A stretch of DNA of 64,000 nucleotides, taken from Lama glama. Lineage: Eukaryota. Positions 25,073-37,779 of the stretch are shown in pieces. The stretch spans positions 30,754,001 to 30,818,000 of the forward strand of contig CM052816.1 in NCBI GenBank assembly GCA_028534125.1. Direction: 5' to 3'. The notes beneath the pieces are model-generated. The model saw nothing but the letters and a program-made list of their open reading frames with translations, was not told the DNA's origin and did not search any database. Both the position numbers and the translations under genes were made by a program. Numbering within the stretch: position 1 is the stretch's first letter; each line of letters opens with the position of its first letter.

Positions 25073-26947
25073 AATATTAACTCTTCCAATCCAAGAACAC
25101 AGTATATTTTTCCATCTCTTTGGATTATTTTCAATTTCCTTCATCAGTGTTTTATAATTTTCAGAGTATAGGTCTTTTACCTCAGTTAACTTTATTCCTA
25201 GGTATTTTATTATTTTTGATGCAATTTAATGGGAATCTTTCACTGTTTTTTCTTGATGGTTCATTATTAGTATATAGAAAAGCAACAGATTTCTTATATT
25301 AATCTGTGTATTAAGTTGTATCCTGCAACTTTACTGATTTCATATATTAGTTTTTCACAGAATTAGAACAAATAATCTTAAAAGGTATGAAACCACAAGA
25401 TACTCCAAATTGCCAAAGCAATCTTGACAAAGGAAAGCAAAGCTAGAGGTATTATACTCCTTGGCCTCAGACTACCCTGCAAAGCTACAGTCATCAAACC
25501 AGCACGGTATTGGCCCCAAAACAGACATATTAACAGAACAGAATAGAGAGCTCAGAAATAACCCCCACACACCTATGGTCAATTAAACTATGCCAAAGGA
25601 GACAAGAATATACAATGGAGAAAAGATACTCTCTTCATTAAGTGGTGCTGGGAAAACTGGACAGATACAGGTAAAAGAATGAAATTAGAACATTCTCTGA
25701 CACCATATACAAAAATAAACTTAAAATGGATTAAAGACTTAAATGTAAGACCATATACTATAAAATTCCTAGAGCAAAACATAAGCAGAACATTCTTCGA
25801 CATAAATCACAGCAATGTTTTTGGGGATCCACTTCCTATAGTAAAAGAGATAAGAGCAAAAATAAGTAAATGGGGCCTAATTAAGCTTGAGAGTTTTTGC
25901 ACAGTGAAGGAAACCATTGACAAAATAGAAAGACAACACACTGAATGGGAGGAAAAATTTGCAAATGCTATGATGGATAAGGGATTAATATCCAAAATAT
26001 ATAAACAACTCATGTAACTCAATATCAAAAAAAAAAATCCCACTAAATATGGGCAGAAAACCTGAATAGACATTTTTCCAAAGAAGACATACAGATGGCC
26101 AACAGACACATAAAAAGATGCTCAATACTGCTAATCATCAGAGAAATGCAAATCAAAAGCACAATGAAGTATTACCTCACACCGGCCAGAATGGCTATCA
26201 TTAAACAGTCTACAATTAAATGTTGGAGAGAATGCAGAGAAAAGGTAATCCTTGTACACTACTGTAAGACATGTAAATTTGTGCAAGCACTGTGGAAAAC
26301 ACTATGGAGATTCTTCAAAAACTCAAAATATAACTGCCATATGATCCAGTAATTCTACTCCACTATATATATCCAAAGAAAACAAAGACACTAATTTGAA
26401 AAGATACATGCACCTCACTGTTCATAGCAGCATTATTTAATTTAGCCAAGATATGGAGCAACCTAAACGTCCCTCAACAGATGAATGGATAAAAAATATG
26501 GTGTATATATACAAATGAATATTATTCAGCCATAAAGAAGAATGAAATTCTGCCATTTACAACAATGTGGATGGACCTGGAGAGATTATGCTTAGTGAAA
26601 TGAGACAAAGACAAATACTGTATGGTATCACTTGTATATGATACCTAAATAGAAAAACAAATGAATATATGTAACAAAACAGAATCAGTCTCACACATAT
26701 AGAGAACACGTTGTTATCACTGATGAGGAAGAAACGGGAGGGGTAAAAATAGGTGTATGGAATTGAGAGATACAAACCACTACGTATAAAATAGATAAGC
26801 AACAGATATATATTGTCAGCATAGAGAGATACCACCGTTTTGTAATAATGTAAAATTAAGTATGATCTATAAAAATATTGAATCACTATTTTGTATACCT
26901 AAAACTAATATAATACTGTAAATCAACTTACTGCAATCTAAAAAAAA
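25071..26947 (+). mobile_element. Artiodactyl-type L1 3' portion with an inverted 5' segment (25071-25350 on the minus strand)
   Basis: ORFs 25679-26017 (LTPYTKINLKWIKDLNVRP) and 26095-26352 ([21 protein letters not shown]) are the L1 ORF2 C-terminus; 3'UTR and A tail end at ~26947. Confidence 0.92.
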
Positions 26948-27729
26948 GGAATATATTGTAGAAAACAGAAGAAGCAATTCAGTAGCTCAGGGAAAGAGGA
27001 TTAAAAAGCAACTTTGTTGTGAATTCAATGCATGTTAATGCTCTGCACGTTAATATCAGGGCATTTTATATATAACACACACACACACATACACATATGT
27101 ATATTATCTCCAGAAATGAAAATGATTTTCCAGAGAAATAATCAGGTAACCATGGCTGCCACTTAGCTAAAAATGCATCTGAGGTATGTACTGCCTTTAT
27201 TGTACAGTGCACTATGTTTAATGCATAGTTTGCAAAGATTCCTCTGAAGGATTGACAGTGTGGTTGAGTAAGAAAAAACCTTGCAGAACTGATATAATCA
27301 CTCCCTGTTCAGAGAACAAGCTTTGGGAACACAGTTCTATGAAACCAGAACACGTGAAGTTCAACGTTCAAATACTGGAACAGTGGTGAGCCTCAAGAGT
27401 CACTGCCCCTTTCATCCACAGCTTCATTTTTCAAAGTGTATTTCACAAAACTTTGAAGATTTACACCTATTTTCTTTCCTAATTCTCCACAACAGCCCTA
27501 TGTTTTGTCAGGCAAGCTGAATCAAATCTATGATTGGAGTTAGAATGAAAAAAAGTCCACTGATGAAATATTTTAGTTTACCTAGTTATTTCAACAAAAC
27601 AACATCCATTCAATGTAATAAGTGTTTTCACTTAATTCTACTATCACCTTTTTAATAGAAGGTTGGTTGTTTCTTTGATTAGACAGATATTTCAGGATGT
27701 ATATTCATGACCTTATATAGAAACCTCTG

Positions 27730-27953
27730 TCGAGATTTATAGATGCTGACAGGTATATACAGAATTGATAAACAAGTTTATACTGTGTAGCATAGGCAAA
27801 TATATTCAAGATCTTGTAGCTCACAGTGAAAAAGAATATGAAAATGAATATATATATATATTCATGTATGACTGAAAAATTGTGTCATACACTAGAAATT
27901 GACATAACATTGTAAACTGACTATAACTCAATTAAAAAAAAAAAACGAAAGAA
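27730..27953 (+). mobile_element. Young 5'-truncated L1 3' end with poly(A) and TSD
   Basis: Perfect 11 bp TSD AGAAACCTCTG at 27719-27729 and 27954-27964; tail GAAATTGACATAACATTGTAAACTGACTATAACTCAATT followed by A-rich sequence. Confidence 0.92.
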
Positions 27954-29165
27954 AGAAACCTCTGGGTCACACAACTGGTTCACCGGTTTAGTGTTTGAGA
28001 GAAAGAAACAATCTCTTTGGGTTGATTTTATTTTTCCATGCGATAGAGTATCTTAGACTTCCTCATAAATCTATCAACCTTGCCCCTTCTTTAAGGAGTA
28101 TGTCTTTTAAAATGACAAAACTGTGTCTTCAACACCTTTAACTGGCTTAACCATGTTTGAAACAGGGTCTCAGGTTACTACTATGAAAATGGAAAGGAAG
28201 TTACAGACTGTGGTGGGAATTTCTATTAAGTTAGATCCTTCTTGAGCTGGTAAAGCACAAGAAAAAAAAAATAAGGAGTAATAGTGCCAGTCATTCATCA
28301 CTTTAGAGACATATTTTAAAATATCCATGAAAGTCTACACGGTTCAGATATTATTCTCATTTTAACAATATTATGCCTCTGTAGACCTCATAATGGAAAT
28401 AAATATTTGCAATGAAAGCTCATTTTGTACAGCACAAAACAATTAGATTTTTTAAATATTCTGTCTTTATGTCACTTCTGCCTTGCCCTGGTGAGTGACA
28501 GGGATTACATTGGTAACATAGGGCATACTTGAATAATGAAATTTTCCATCAGTTTTCTTTAAAAACGTAGCATGAACTGCAACTACAGAATAATTGTGTG
28601 CATGGCAAGTGATCTTTAAAATCATTTTCCAAGGCTTTCGGCAGAAACTTTTCACTTTTGATTAATACTCTTTCCTGTTTTCTGGTTCAGAATAGTGCTT
28701 CCTAGAGCTACAAATTCAGTTTATGGAGTGCCTCTGACCTGCACTCCGCTGGATAAAAATAAGTGTCAGTCCAATCAGACCCAAAGATCTGTTTCTTCAG
28801 CAGCTTCGGGTTTTCATGGACAATGCAGGGGCTCTGTAAAGTTTCATCCTGTATGCGTACACAAAGTGCCAGCAAAGAGAGTTAAAATAACATTTTTAAT
28901 ATCTATTGTATTTCCTCTAATCTCATCCATCATATGATTTTGGGTGAAGTACATATAACAAGAGCTCAAAAGTTCACCCCAAGTTTTTCACAAAGCAGAA
29001 CACAAAGCAAGTTCATTCTAAAGGCCTGTGGATTTATACTCATTTGGATAACGCTTCACAGTTATTTCTTAGATTTAAGTCACATCAAAAATCACCCTTT
29101 ATCTTCTCTCCTTTATTCCCCTCCTTAACCTCTTCTTGCCATTTCTGTACTAGTATTAAAAAACA

Positions 29166-29428
29166 CAGTGGACTGTATCTCTGTGAAAAACACAATTTTG
29201 CCTTTTTCTAATCCTGTTTGAACAAGCTGGAAGTTTAATTAGCTTTCCAACCAACCAAATTTCTGCATTTGAGTCTTAACCATATTTAACTGTGGCTTCA
29301 AAGAAACTATTGATTCTGATGAAGTGGGTTTGGATCAAGTTGATTGTTTTTAAAAAAAGTTTGATTTTTGTGATTTTTTGTAAAAGTTATAGTAGCAAAC
29401 ATTTGGTTTTGTACAGACATTATTTCCA
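29166..29428 (+). pseudogene. H2AZ1: Inserted fragment of the histone H2A.Z (H2AZ1/H2AFZ) mRNA 3' UTR; no CDS, no poly(A)
   Basis: CAGTGGACTGTATCTCTGTGAAAAACACAATTTTGCCTTTTT...GGAAGTTTAATTAGCTTTCCAACCAACCAAATTTCTGCATT...AAACATTTGGTTTTGTACAGACATTATTTCCA is colinear with the mammalian H2AZ1 3'UTR as I recall it; flanked by 34 bp direct repeats. Confidence 0.85.
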
Positions 29429-29974
29429 TGCTTTTTTGCCATTTCTGTGCTAGTATTAAAAAGCACAGTTAGAACCAAAAGCCTCCAGGTCATTAAAGAC
29501 AGTCATCAATATTGACAACACTTTGTCCTCATATTCAAAGAGCACCCATGACAAGACTTGAAGTCAGAAAGAGTGAAGTTTGTCATTTCTTTAAACCCAC
29601 TACTTATATTCAATATCCTCACTTCTTTCCCTATGCATATGCCACTTTATGCTGCCCTGCCACCCATGCGTAACAATGCACACAATTCTTTTTTGGGGAG
29701 CTGAGGTAAGGGGAAAAAATTGGAGAGATAGGAGTGGACAATCTGGGAGACACACTGTAGAATAGTTTCAAAACTTAAAACACATCATGGGACAAAAATT
29801 GTCTAGAAATACAAGACAATGTCAGTTTATCCCTAACCCTGCTACAGATGAATAGAAAATGTTCTTGAAAACAACAGTGAATGAATAAAACACTGTTTTT
29901 CAATATCCTGCAAGGGATTCAACACTCTTGGAAAAGTAGACAAGCTGCAAGGAATAATGGCAACAGGAAAACTT

Positions 29975-30200
29975 ACAGGTTAAGAACATAGTCTTCTGCC
30001 CTGGGTTTGAAAACTGACTCATCGTGTTGCTGGCTGTTTCCTTGGACAAGTCACTTAACAATCTCTAAGTTATCATTACCATTCTTACCTCAAAGATGAA
30101 GAAACCGAAGCTTATAAAGTTTAAGTCCAGGCTAGCAAGAGACATAACCAAGACTTGAACTCAGGTACATCACAGTACAGTCCTCATGCTCTTTTTCATT
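29975..30200. mobile_element. Two MIR fragments in opposite orientation
   Basis: GGTTAAGAACATAG...CCTTGGACAAGTCACTTAAC (+), then AAAGATGAAGAAACCGAAGCTT...ACTTGAACTCAGGT (-). Confidence 0.65.
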
Positions 30201-32284
30201 ATTATGACATGACCACTTCTCCATGATTATACAGAATATTCTTTGTGCATGTAAAGCCCTCCGTCTAGGGTCACAGGCATGTCAAACGCTGAGTAAATGT
30301 TGTCTCTTAAAACAATGGTCAACGAACTTGGCTGAACAAGGCAGTCTGGTTTGAGGTGTGAAACAGTTGGAGATGAGAAGAAAAGGTTGGCACTGGTTAA
30401 CATGGACAGACCTCCTTGTGCAAAATTCGAAAGATTAATTCGCTAGATGTAATAATTTTTGAAAACTTTTAGTCAAGCTGCCATAAATATGTCCAAGATT
30501 GTGCCTCCTCTGTATGTTTATATAATTTTACCCGAAAGATGAGCAATTATTATTCATGTATGTAGACTGTATTGAGGTGCAAATGAGGTTTCCATGATTT
30601 CATAAGTGTCCAAGATAATCATTGTTTTGGTGAACACAGGCCTGAGAGGCAGAGTCTTGGCAGCTGCATTTGAAGTGAAGGAGGTAATTTCAATCTCCCA
30701 TGGCAGACTTGTCCCAGCAGGGGCTGGACCCAGGACAATAAAAGAGAAATGCACAAAGCACTCCGTGGACCAGGATTCAAATCACATTATGTTAAATTAG
30801 AGGCTTCATGTAAATAAGCAGGCTTTCTCTTGAGAAGGACATAATCTTTAAATGAGGCTGAAATTTATTCTTTATCACTCTGTTACAAAGTCTTTTGTCA
30901 GTGACATCCCTAACTTCATCTTGGTGTATCTGCTACAACCTATGACAACTTCCACTTTTTTCAGTTTATTTTCTTATTTTGTAGCTCTTTAGAAGGTATC
31001 AATCACTTTAATGTTGTTGCCAGAAGGATAACAAATCATGATGAGTATATCAATATTTTTAAAGCCATAATTTATAATCCATTTCACAATGAATAATTAC
31101 ATGGGAGACAATCTGGTTAAACAGAAAAGGATAAAGTAACTCAAGGGGCCAATTAGGAACTGTATGCAACTGGATCATTTAAATGTTATGTATGTTGCCT
31201 TGCTTTTTCTAAGTAGAAAAATGGCCTCATTCTTTTTTATCCCCATTACCTCCACTATTTAAATTATGAGAGAATTCATACACAATTTCCATGGAGTAAA
31301 GAAAAATGGCAAACCTGTAATTTTTGTCCATTTATTGTGACTGCAACTGCATCCTCAAATAAATGTTTGTTGACTGACTGGTAAATAGCTTCTGAAAAAG
31401 TTGAACACATTGTGAAATTTGTGCAGAATGCAACCCCTCACCATCTTGACACAAAGAGCACAGATAAAGTGATGACTTTTAAGTAACTCTAGATTAACAT
31501 GACTGATTTCAGATATCTAAGTTTAAAGTTGTGGGTATTTTTAGTTAATTGAATGAGTAAGTCAACCAGAGCAGGATAAAATAAAGTAGTAGACTGCACC
31601 ACTATTATTAAGATAGTTTTGTGATGAGACTCTCTTTTTCTAGGAACATATATAAAATGCAGACAAACATTGACATTGGGAATCTGCTTGTATTTTATTT
31701 TGACAGCATTTTGTCACCTCTAGTTTAATAGATGTAGGAAATCTCCTGAGATTTATTGATTCTGAATGCACTAGTAGGAAAAAATTCATTTGCAAGGGAA
31801 ATGCTTGACACAGTGAATAAGGTAGCATTTATGCAAAATTCAGAAAAACTAAATTGTGTCGACTGTAGTCGTTTATAAATATTTATGATACTAATTACAG
31901 AAAAATTTGTCCTAGTTTGCTAGCGAATGGGCTAACCAAATCTCATTAGAAAAACAAAAAATTCAGTATGCAGAATCTTATTACATCTAAAAACTAAAAC
32001 TGGGATAATGTTCAGATGTCTTACCATAAACATCCTTATATACATTATCTGAGAGTATTAGCTGAAAAGAAAGAAAAATCCTAATGCATAAAAGCAGATA
32101 CAAACCTCATTCAGAATATTTTAGAATACCAAGCCAGTCATTTCAATGGTCCTTGACCAAGCCATAGCCATCAAATTCTATGTTCTCTACCCACTTCTGA
32201 TTTACAATAAATAATCCTAGGATTAGTATCACTATTTCTTCCTCAGTTAATTAACTACTTAATTTAATTTTGAGTCGTGTCAGT

Positions 32285-33088
32285 ATTTAAAGAAATTGGT
32301 GGATTTTTAAAAAATCAGAAATATATCCTTAGTTTTGAACATCATCAAAAAAGTAAAAAGAATACCCACAGAATGGGAGAAAATGTTCAAATCATGTCTG
32401 ATAAAGGACTTGTATTCAGAACACACATGGAACTCTTACAACTCAGTAATAAAAAGGCAATTCACACAATTTAAAAATGCAAAAGGATTTGAGTACATAT
32501 TTCTTACAAGAAACAGTTTTGTGGTTTCACAACATGTCAAACATAGATGACCCATAATTCCACTCCTAGGTATATACGCTAAATAAAATTAAAAGACACA
32601 TTCACACAAAAACGTATACATGAATATTCAGAGCAGCATTATTCAGAGTAGCCCTGAAGTGGAAATACACCAAATGCTTATCAACCGTTGAACAGATATC
32701 AACGTACAATACATCAAGGAAATGGAAAATTACCCTCAATTAAAAGGAATGCAGTGCCGAGATATGCTAGAACATGGATAAACCTACTACACTAATTGAA
32801 AGAAGCCACTCACAAAAGGCCATGCACTATTTAACTCTACTAATGTAAAATATCCAGAATGGACAAACATAGACAAAGAAAGTAGATGAGTACTTCGTGC
32901 TAGGCAGAGAGGTGAATGGGAGGGCTGCTAATGGGTTCACAATTTCTTTCTGAGGTGATGAATATGTTACAAAACTAGATTGTGTTAATGGTTACATAAC
33001 TCTAAATATATTGAAAACCAAAGAATTATATACTTTAAACAGGTGAAATTTTATGATACGTAAATTATTATCCCAAAGCTGTTAAAAA
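32285..33088 (+). mobile_element. L1MB-like 3' end
   Basis: ORF2 remnant (IKKVKRIPTEWEK) plus a 3'UTR with TTTCTTTCTGAGGTGATGAATATGTT...CAAAGCTGTTAAAAA. Confidence 0.85.
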
Positions 33089-33859
33089 GCTGTGTCCTTT
33101 TCTTTCTGCATTTGCATAACCATATCCTAGGTTTCTTAACTACATTTATTTTGTGTTTATCACTTTGTCTTACTTTTTTAAATACAATTTTATTTTTCAT
33201 ATGGAAATAATCCTTCCAAAAACTGTTGATGAAAATTAATTTGTATTAGGAAAATTTAATAGAATCATATCTACAGGAAAAACTCCAACTTTATAAGGAA
33301 TATCAGTTTGAGGATTCCATGTCATGCTAGAAAATAATAAATTTAAATAATAAAATTCATATTAAATGCCAATTCTTTTGCATCTCTTATGTCTAAAGAT
33401 TTTAAATATGTGTGATTTAGGAAAGAATATTAAATTAAGATTATAGGCTTCAGATATTTAGAAAGGGTAGCTATTGTAAGGTTGAAAATCTGCTGGTTTT
33501 TATTTAGGAATGCTAGTGAAGGTAAAGAGAGGATCCCAGAGTATTTGAAAAACCTTGTCAATAAAACCTACCTGATGAAGTCCCAGACAGAAAGAGAGAA
33601 GAAATGGTAGATAATAAATGGGAACAAATCATACACAGCAATACATTTCAGGTATTTTTCTTGGGATAGAAAGAATAGAATTAGAAGGGAAAAAAAAGAA
33701 ATGGAACTAAAGAAACAAAGCATTTGATGGTTGATTTCCATAACTACCATGTGGTAAAAGTAATTTGGGATGATTTTTCCATGATAAATACAAGACTCCT
33801 GGAAAAAACATTACTTTACCATTAGTCACAAGGTGCCTATTCTGGTCTGAGGTAGGTAG

Positions 33860-33990
33860 TAGAACACAGAGATTAAAAACGTGGTATCTGAAATCAGGCC
33901 ACCGGCACTGAATTCTCTCTCTCTTACTAACGGGAACCTGAGGAACTTATTTCATTTCTCTTTTCCTTGGTTTCCACATGTAAATATCAT
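33860..33990 (+). mobile_element. MIR fragment
   Basis: GATTAAAAACGTGGTATCTGAAATCAGGCC...CTTACTAAC...CCTTGGTTTCCACATGTAAA. Confidence 0.5.
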
Positions 33991-34334
33991 AAAGTTGTGT
34001 TCTTAAATCTCACATATGATATGATATAATATGATAAGGCCATGAGATATGACTCTTACTACTAGCTAGCACTTTGACAATGGAAAAAGCACTTAAGCTC
34101 ACTGATGTATGAGGAAGTCAGTGATATCTAAGATTCTTTTCAGCTCAAATTTTACACCATCCTTTTTTTTTTTTTAAGAGTCTAGTTTTCACAGCTGGAT
34201 CTACAGGCTAGCCTGCAAGTGGTCACAATCAGACCTCTGATTTCTGTTTTCACAACTGCAGTAGCCAGGGCAACCTGAGGACCCTGAAGGAGGAAAACGC
34301 CTGGTGGAAAAATCCAGAAAGACACAGATCTGTC

Positions 34335-34810
34335 TGTGATGGCTTTTTTGATGTGTCCAATTGATTACTACAAGGATGCAAGGGGGCGTAGCAGCCATTT
34401 TGTAACATACAAAATAGAAAACATACGTTTTCTTCTAGTTTTTCAAAGAAACTCTAACACAGGTACTGCTGTGAGGGGAATATGCAGAAGTGATTACAGT
34501 TCGAAGCAGTCGTTGGCTGTAAGTAAGACTGTACTGGTGCACCAGATTTAGTCAGTGGAAGCCCTTTAGAAGAAGGCTCAGGCTTCCCCCCAAAACTGTT
34601 GGATCACGATTTGTTTTCCCTTGACAGAGTCTTCCTTTCCTGATGACTTACGAAAAAGGCTTCATCCAGTGCCCATGAGGGTTTCAGTCTGTTCATAACT
34701 TTCTCCTCTGACTTTCTGCCCTCTGGATTTCAGACTTCACTAGTCCCCACAACCAACCATTCCTTTTCATCTCTCTCTCTTTCTCCATAGACAGAGATAT
34801 ACTGACTATT
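34335..34810 (+). mobile_element. MLT2-type ERVL LTR
   Basis: Starts TGTGATGGCTTTTTGATGTGTCCAATTGA; internal TCAGTGGAAGCCCTTTAGAAG and GCCCTCTGGATTTCAGACTT...CCCCACAACC. Confidence 0.6.
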
Positions 34811-35874
34811 TTTTCATCAGACAAGGCACTTCTCAGAGGTCTAGAAAATGCTTCTCTCTCTCTCCTCTACCCAGTTTCTTAACACATCTGTTCACATCAA
34901 GTGTTTCCTTCATAGCAATACAAAAGTCTAGCTAATGAGATTCTGAGACAATAAGAGAAAATATACTATATACTGATAAAAAAAGACCAAAGAACAGACA
35001 TTACTTTAAAGCCAACACATACAAATTCAAATCTCCTTATAAATCTAAATTTTCACCCTTAGCTACATACCCTTGACCTCTGCACATATTATCACTGCTC
35101 TTGGAGAAGCCGTGAACAGTGGGAAAAGGAGGCCTTATATTTTCCATACAATTTGGAGTACGCCATTAAAGAAGGAACTACTTCTTAGGATACCAGTGTT
35201 CTGTCAAGAATAAAGGAAGAATATAAAAAATCCAAGCAGCTGCCCCCTCGGGAACACTGCAATTTCTAAAACATCACTGTTATTCCAACACCTCTTGAGT
35301 GATGGTGAACTGGGATGAGTGTCTACCACTTATCTGCCTTTGAAGATCTCCAGCAGAGTGTGTAGAAAGAAAAAGTTAAAACTGAAATGATCACACTTTT
35401 GTATCTAAAGGGGGATTTCTAGGGGTTATGATCCCCAGTCCTATTGGAGGCCCTGAAACTTCCTTCCATGTGGATAGCTACAATCTCTTCGTGGCCAAAG
35501 ATCACAATGGAGCCACAGCTGTCCGCTTATAGATGTCTGGTTACCAGACACAGCTGATGAGAAAACAGGATTAATGTGTTTGTATCCACATTATTCCACC
35601 ACCTTTCTTAAAATAGTGATCTATTCAAGGCCAGTTTGTACTCTTTTTACACCAAGTTTCTATGGATTTGTAAATTTAAGTTGATTACAGAACCAACTTG
35701 AACTGTTTAAATTCCATTTAAACTCAGTAGATCTAGACTTTAAATACTTGCGGTTGTTGGAGTTGTCACAGTGATCCATTTACAAAAAGTTCCTTCAAGT
35801 AAAATTAATTACCTACATTTACACCCTCAAAATTATTACAAAAGTATCCATAGGATATGCTCTCATACACTTTT

Positions 35875-37779
35875 GTAATTTAGTAAGACAATTTAACAGG
35901 AAATAAATCTACCTAACACATTTTTACATATTCAAAACAGTATTGTTAACCACAGGCACATTATACATCAGAGCTCTAAAGCTTGCTTCTGCATAACTAA
36001 AATTTTATACCTGTTGAATAGTAACTCCTCATTTCCCCACCTTCAGCCCCTGGCAACCACCATTCTACTCTCTGCTTCTACGAGCTTGACTATTTTTGAT
36101 ATCTCATGTAAGTTACTTTCTGTGCCTGGCTTATTTCACTTAGCATGATGTCCTCAAGTCTCCTCCATGTTGGCTCAGATGGTAGGATTTCCTTCCTTTT
36201 TAAGGCTGAATAGTATTTCATTATATGTAAGTGTTTAAGTATGTGTGTGTGTGTGTATTTATCTATTTACCTATTTATCTGTCAGTCGACATTTAGGTTG
36301 TTTCCCAGTCTTGGTTACTATGAATGCTGCTGTAGTGAAGACAAGGATACTAATAGCTCTTTCACATCCTGATTTTAGTTATTTCAGATAAACATCTAGG
36401 AGACTGTTAGATCATACATCAATTCTTTAAATTTTTTGAGGAAACTTCATACTGTTTTCCATAGCATCTGCACGATTTTATATTCCTGCCAACTATACAC
36501 AGGGGTTCCAATTTCTGTACATGCTTGCCAACACTTGGTACCCTTTTTTTAAAAAATAATGACCATCCTAACAGGTAAGAGGTGATATTTCATTGTGGTT
36601 CTGATTTGCATTTCCCTAATAATTAGTCATACTGAGCATCTTTTCACATACCAGTTAGCCATTTGTACAGCTTCTTTGGAGAATTATCTATTCAAACACT
36701 TTGCTCATGTTTAATCAGTTATTTGAGGGCTTTTTTTTTTTTTGCTACTGAAGTGCATGAGTTCCTCACACATTTTAGATACTAACTTTTTATCATATAT
36801 TTAGTTTGCTAATATTTACTCTCTTTCTACAGGTTGCCTTTTCACACTGTTGCTTCCTTTGCTATGCAGCTTTTTAGTTTGGTGTAGTGCCACTTGTCTA
36901 TTTTTGCTTTTGATGCTTCTGCTTCTAACATCATATCCAAGAAATCACTGCTGAAATCAATGCAATAAAACTTTTCCCCTGTGATTTCTTCTAGTATTTT
37001 TACAGTTTCAGATCTTCCATTTAAGTCTTTACTCAATTTTGAGTTGATTTTTTGCCTATGATGTAAGAAAAGGGTTCAATTACTTTTTTTTTTTTTTGGA
37101 CATGGATATCCAGTTTTCCCAGCACCATTTATCCTTTCCCTATTGTGTATTCTTGGTACCCTTTTCAAAGATTAGTTGAATATATATGCCTACGCTTATT
37201 TCTGGGTTCTTTATTCTGTTTCATTTGTCTCTCTGTCTTTTTAGGCCAGTACCATACTGTTTTACCATATGGTATTTCTCAAAATTGCTTTGGCTATTTG
37301 AGGTCCTTTGTGTTTCCATATGAATTTTAGAATTATTTTTACTCTTTTTGTAAAAAAAATGACAATGGGATTTTGATGAGAAATGCAATGAATCTGTAGA
37401 TTGGATAATATGGGTTTTTTTCAAAATAATATTAAGTCTTCTATAAAAATGGAATGCCTTTCCATTATTTGTGTCTTCCTTAATTTTTCCTCAATGTTTT
37501 ACAGTTCTCTGTCTACAGATATTTTATGCTCTTACTCTTTTTTATTGTTTTATAAATGGGAAAAAGAAAAAAGTCATCAAAATCAGAGAGGAAGAAATAA
37601 AATTATCTCTGTTTGAATATGACATATTATAAGTACAAAATCCTCAAGATTCCATATACCAAAAAAAAAAATGTTAGAATAAACAAACTCAGTAAAATTG
37701 CAGGATAAAAATCTACATGTAAAAACAGTTGCATTCCTCTGCACTTGCAAGGGACTACCAAAAAAGGAAATAAAACAAC
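35875..37779 (-). mobile_element. L1MA-like element with an inverted 5' segment (37561-37779 on the plus strand)
   Basis: Reverse 3'UTR and ORF2 (ORF 36842-37036: KDLNGRSETVKILEE...KAKIDKW); degenerate TSD CTCATACACTTTT (35862-35874) / CTCTTGCACTTTT (37780-37792). Confidence 0.88.

Noticed and set aside
25679..26352. ORFs with real protein similarity
   Set aside because: Frameshifted remnants of LINE-1 ORF2, not host genes; the same applies to 44089-44277, 45020-45205 and 61749-62012.
29136..29469. CRISPR-like repeat-spacer or solo-LTR interpretation of the 34 bp repeats
   Set aside because: Only two copies, 300 bp apart, in mammalian DNA; the interior matches a host mRNA UTR.
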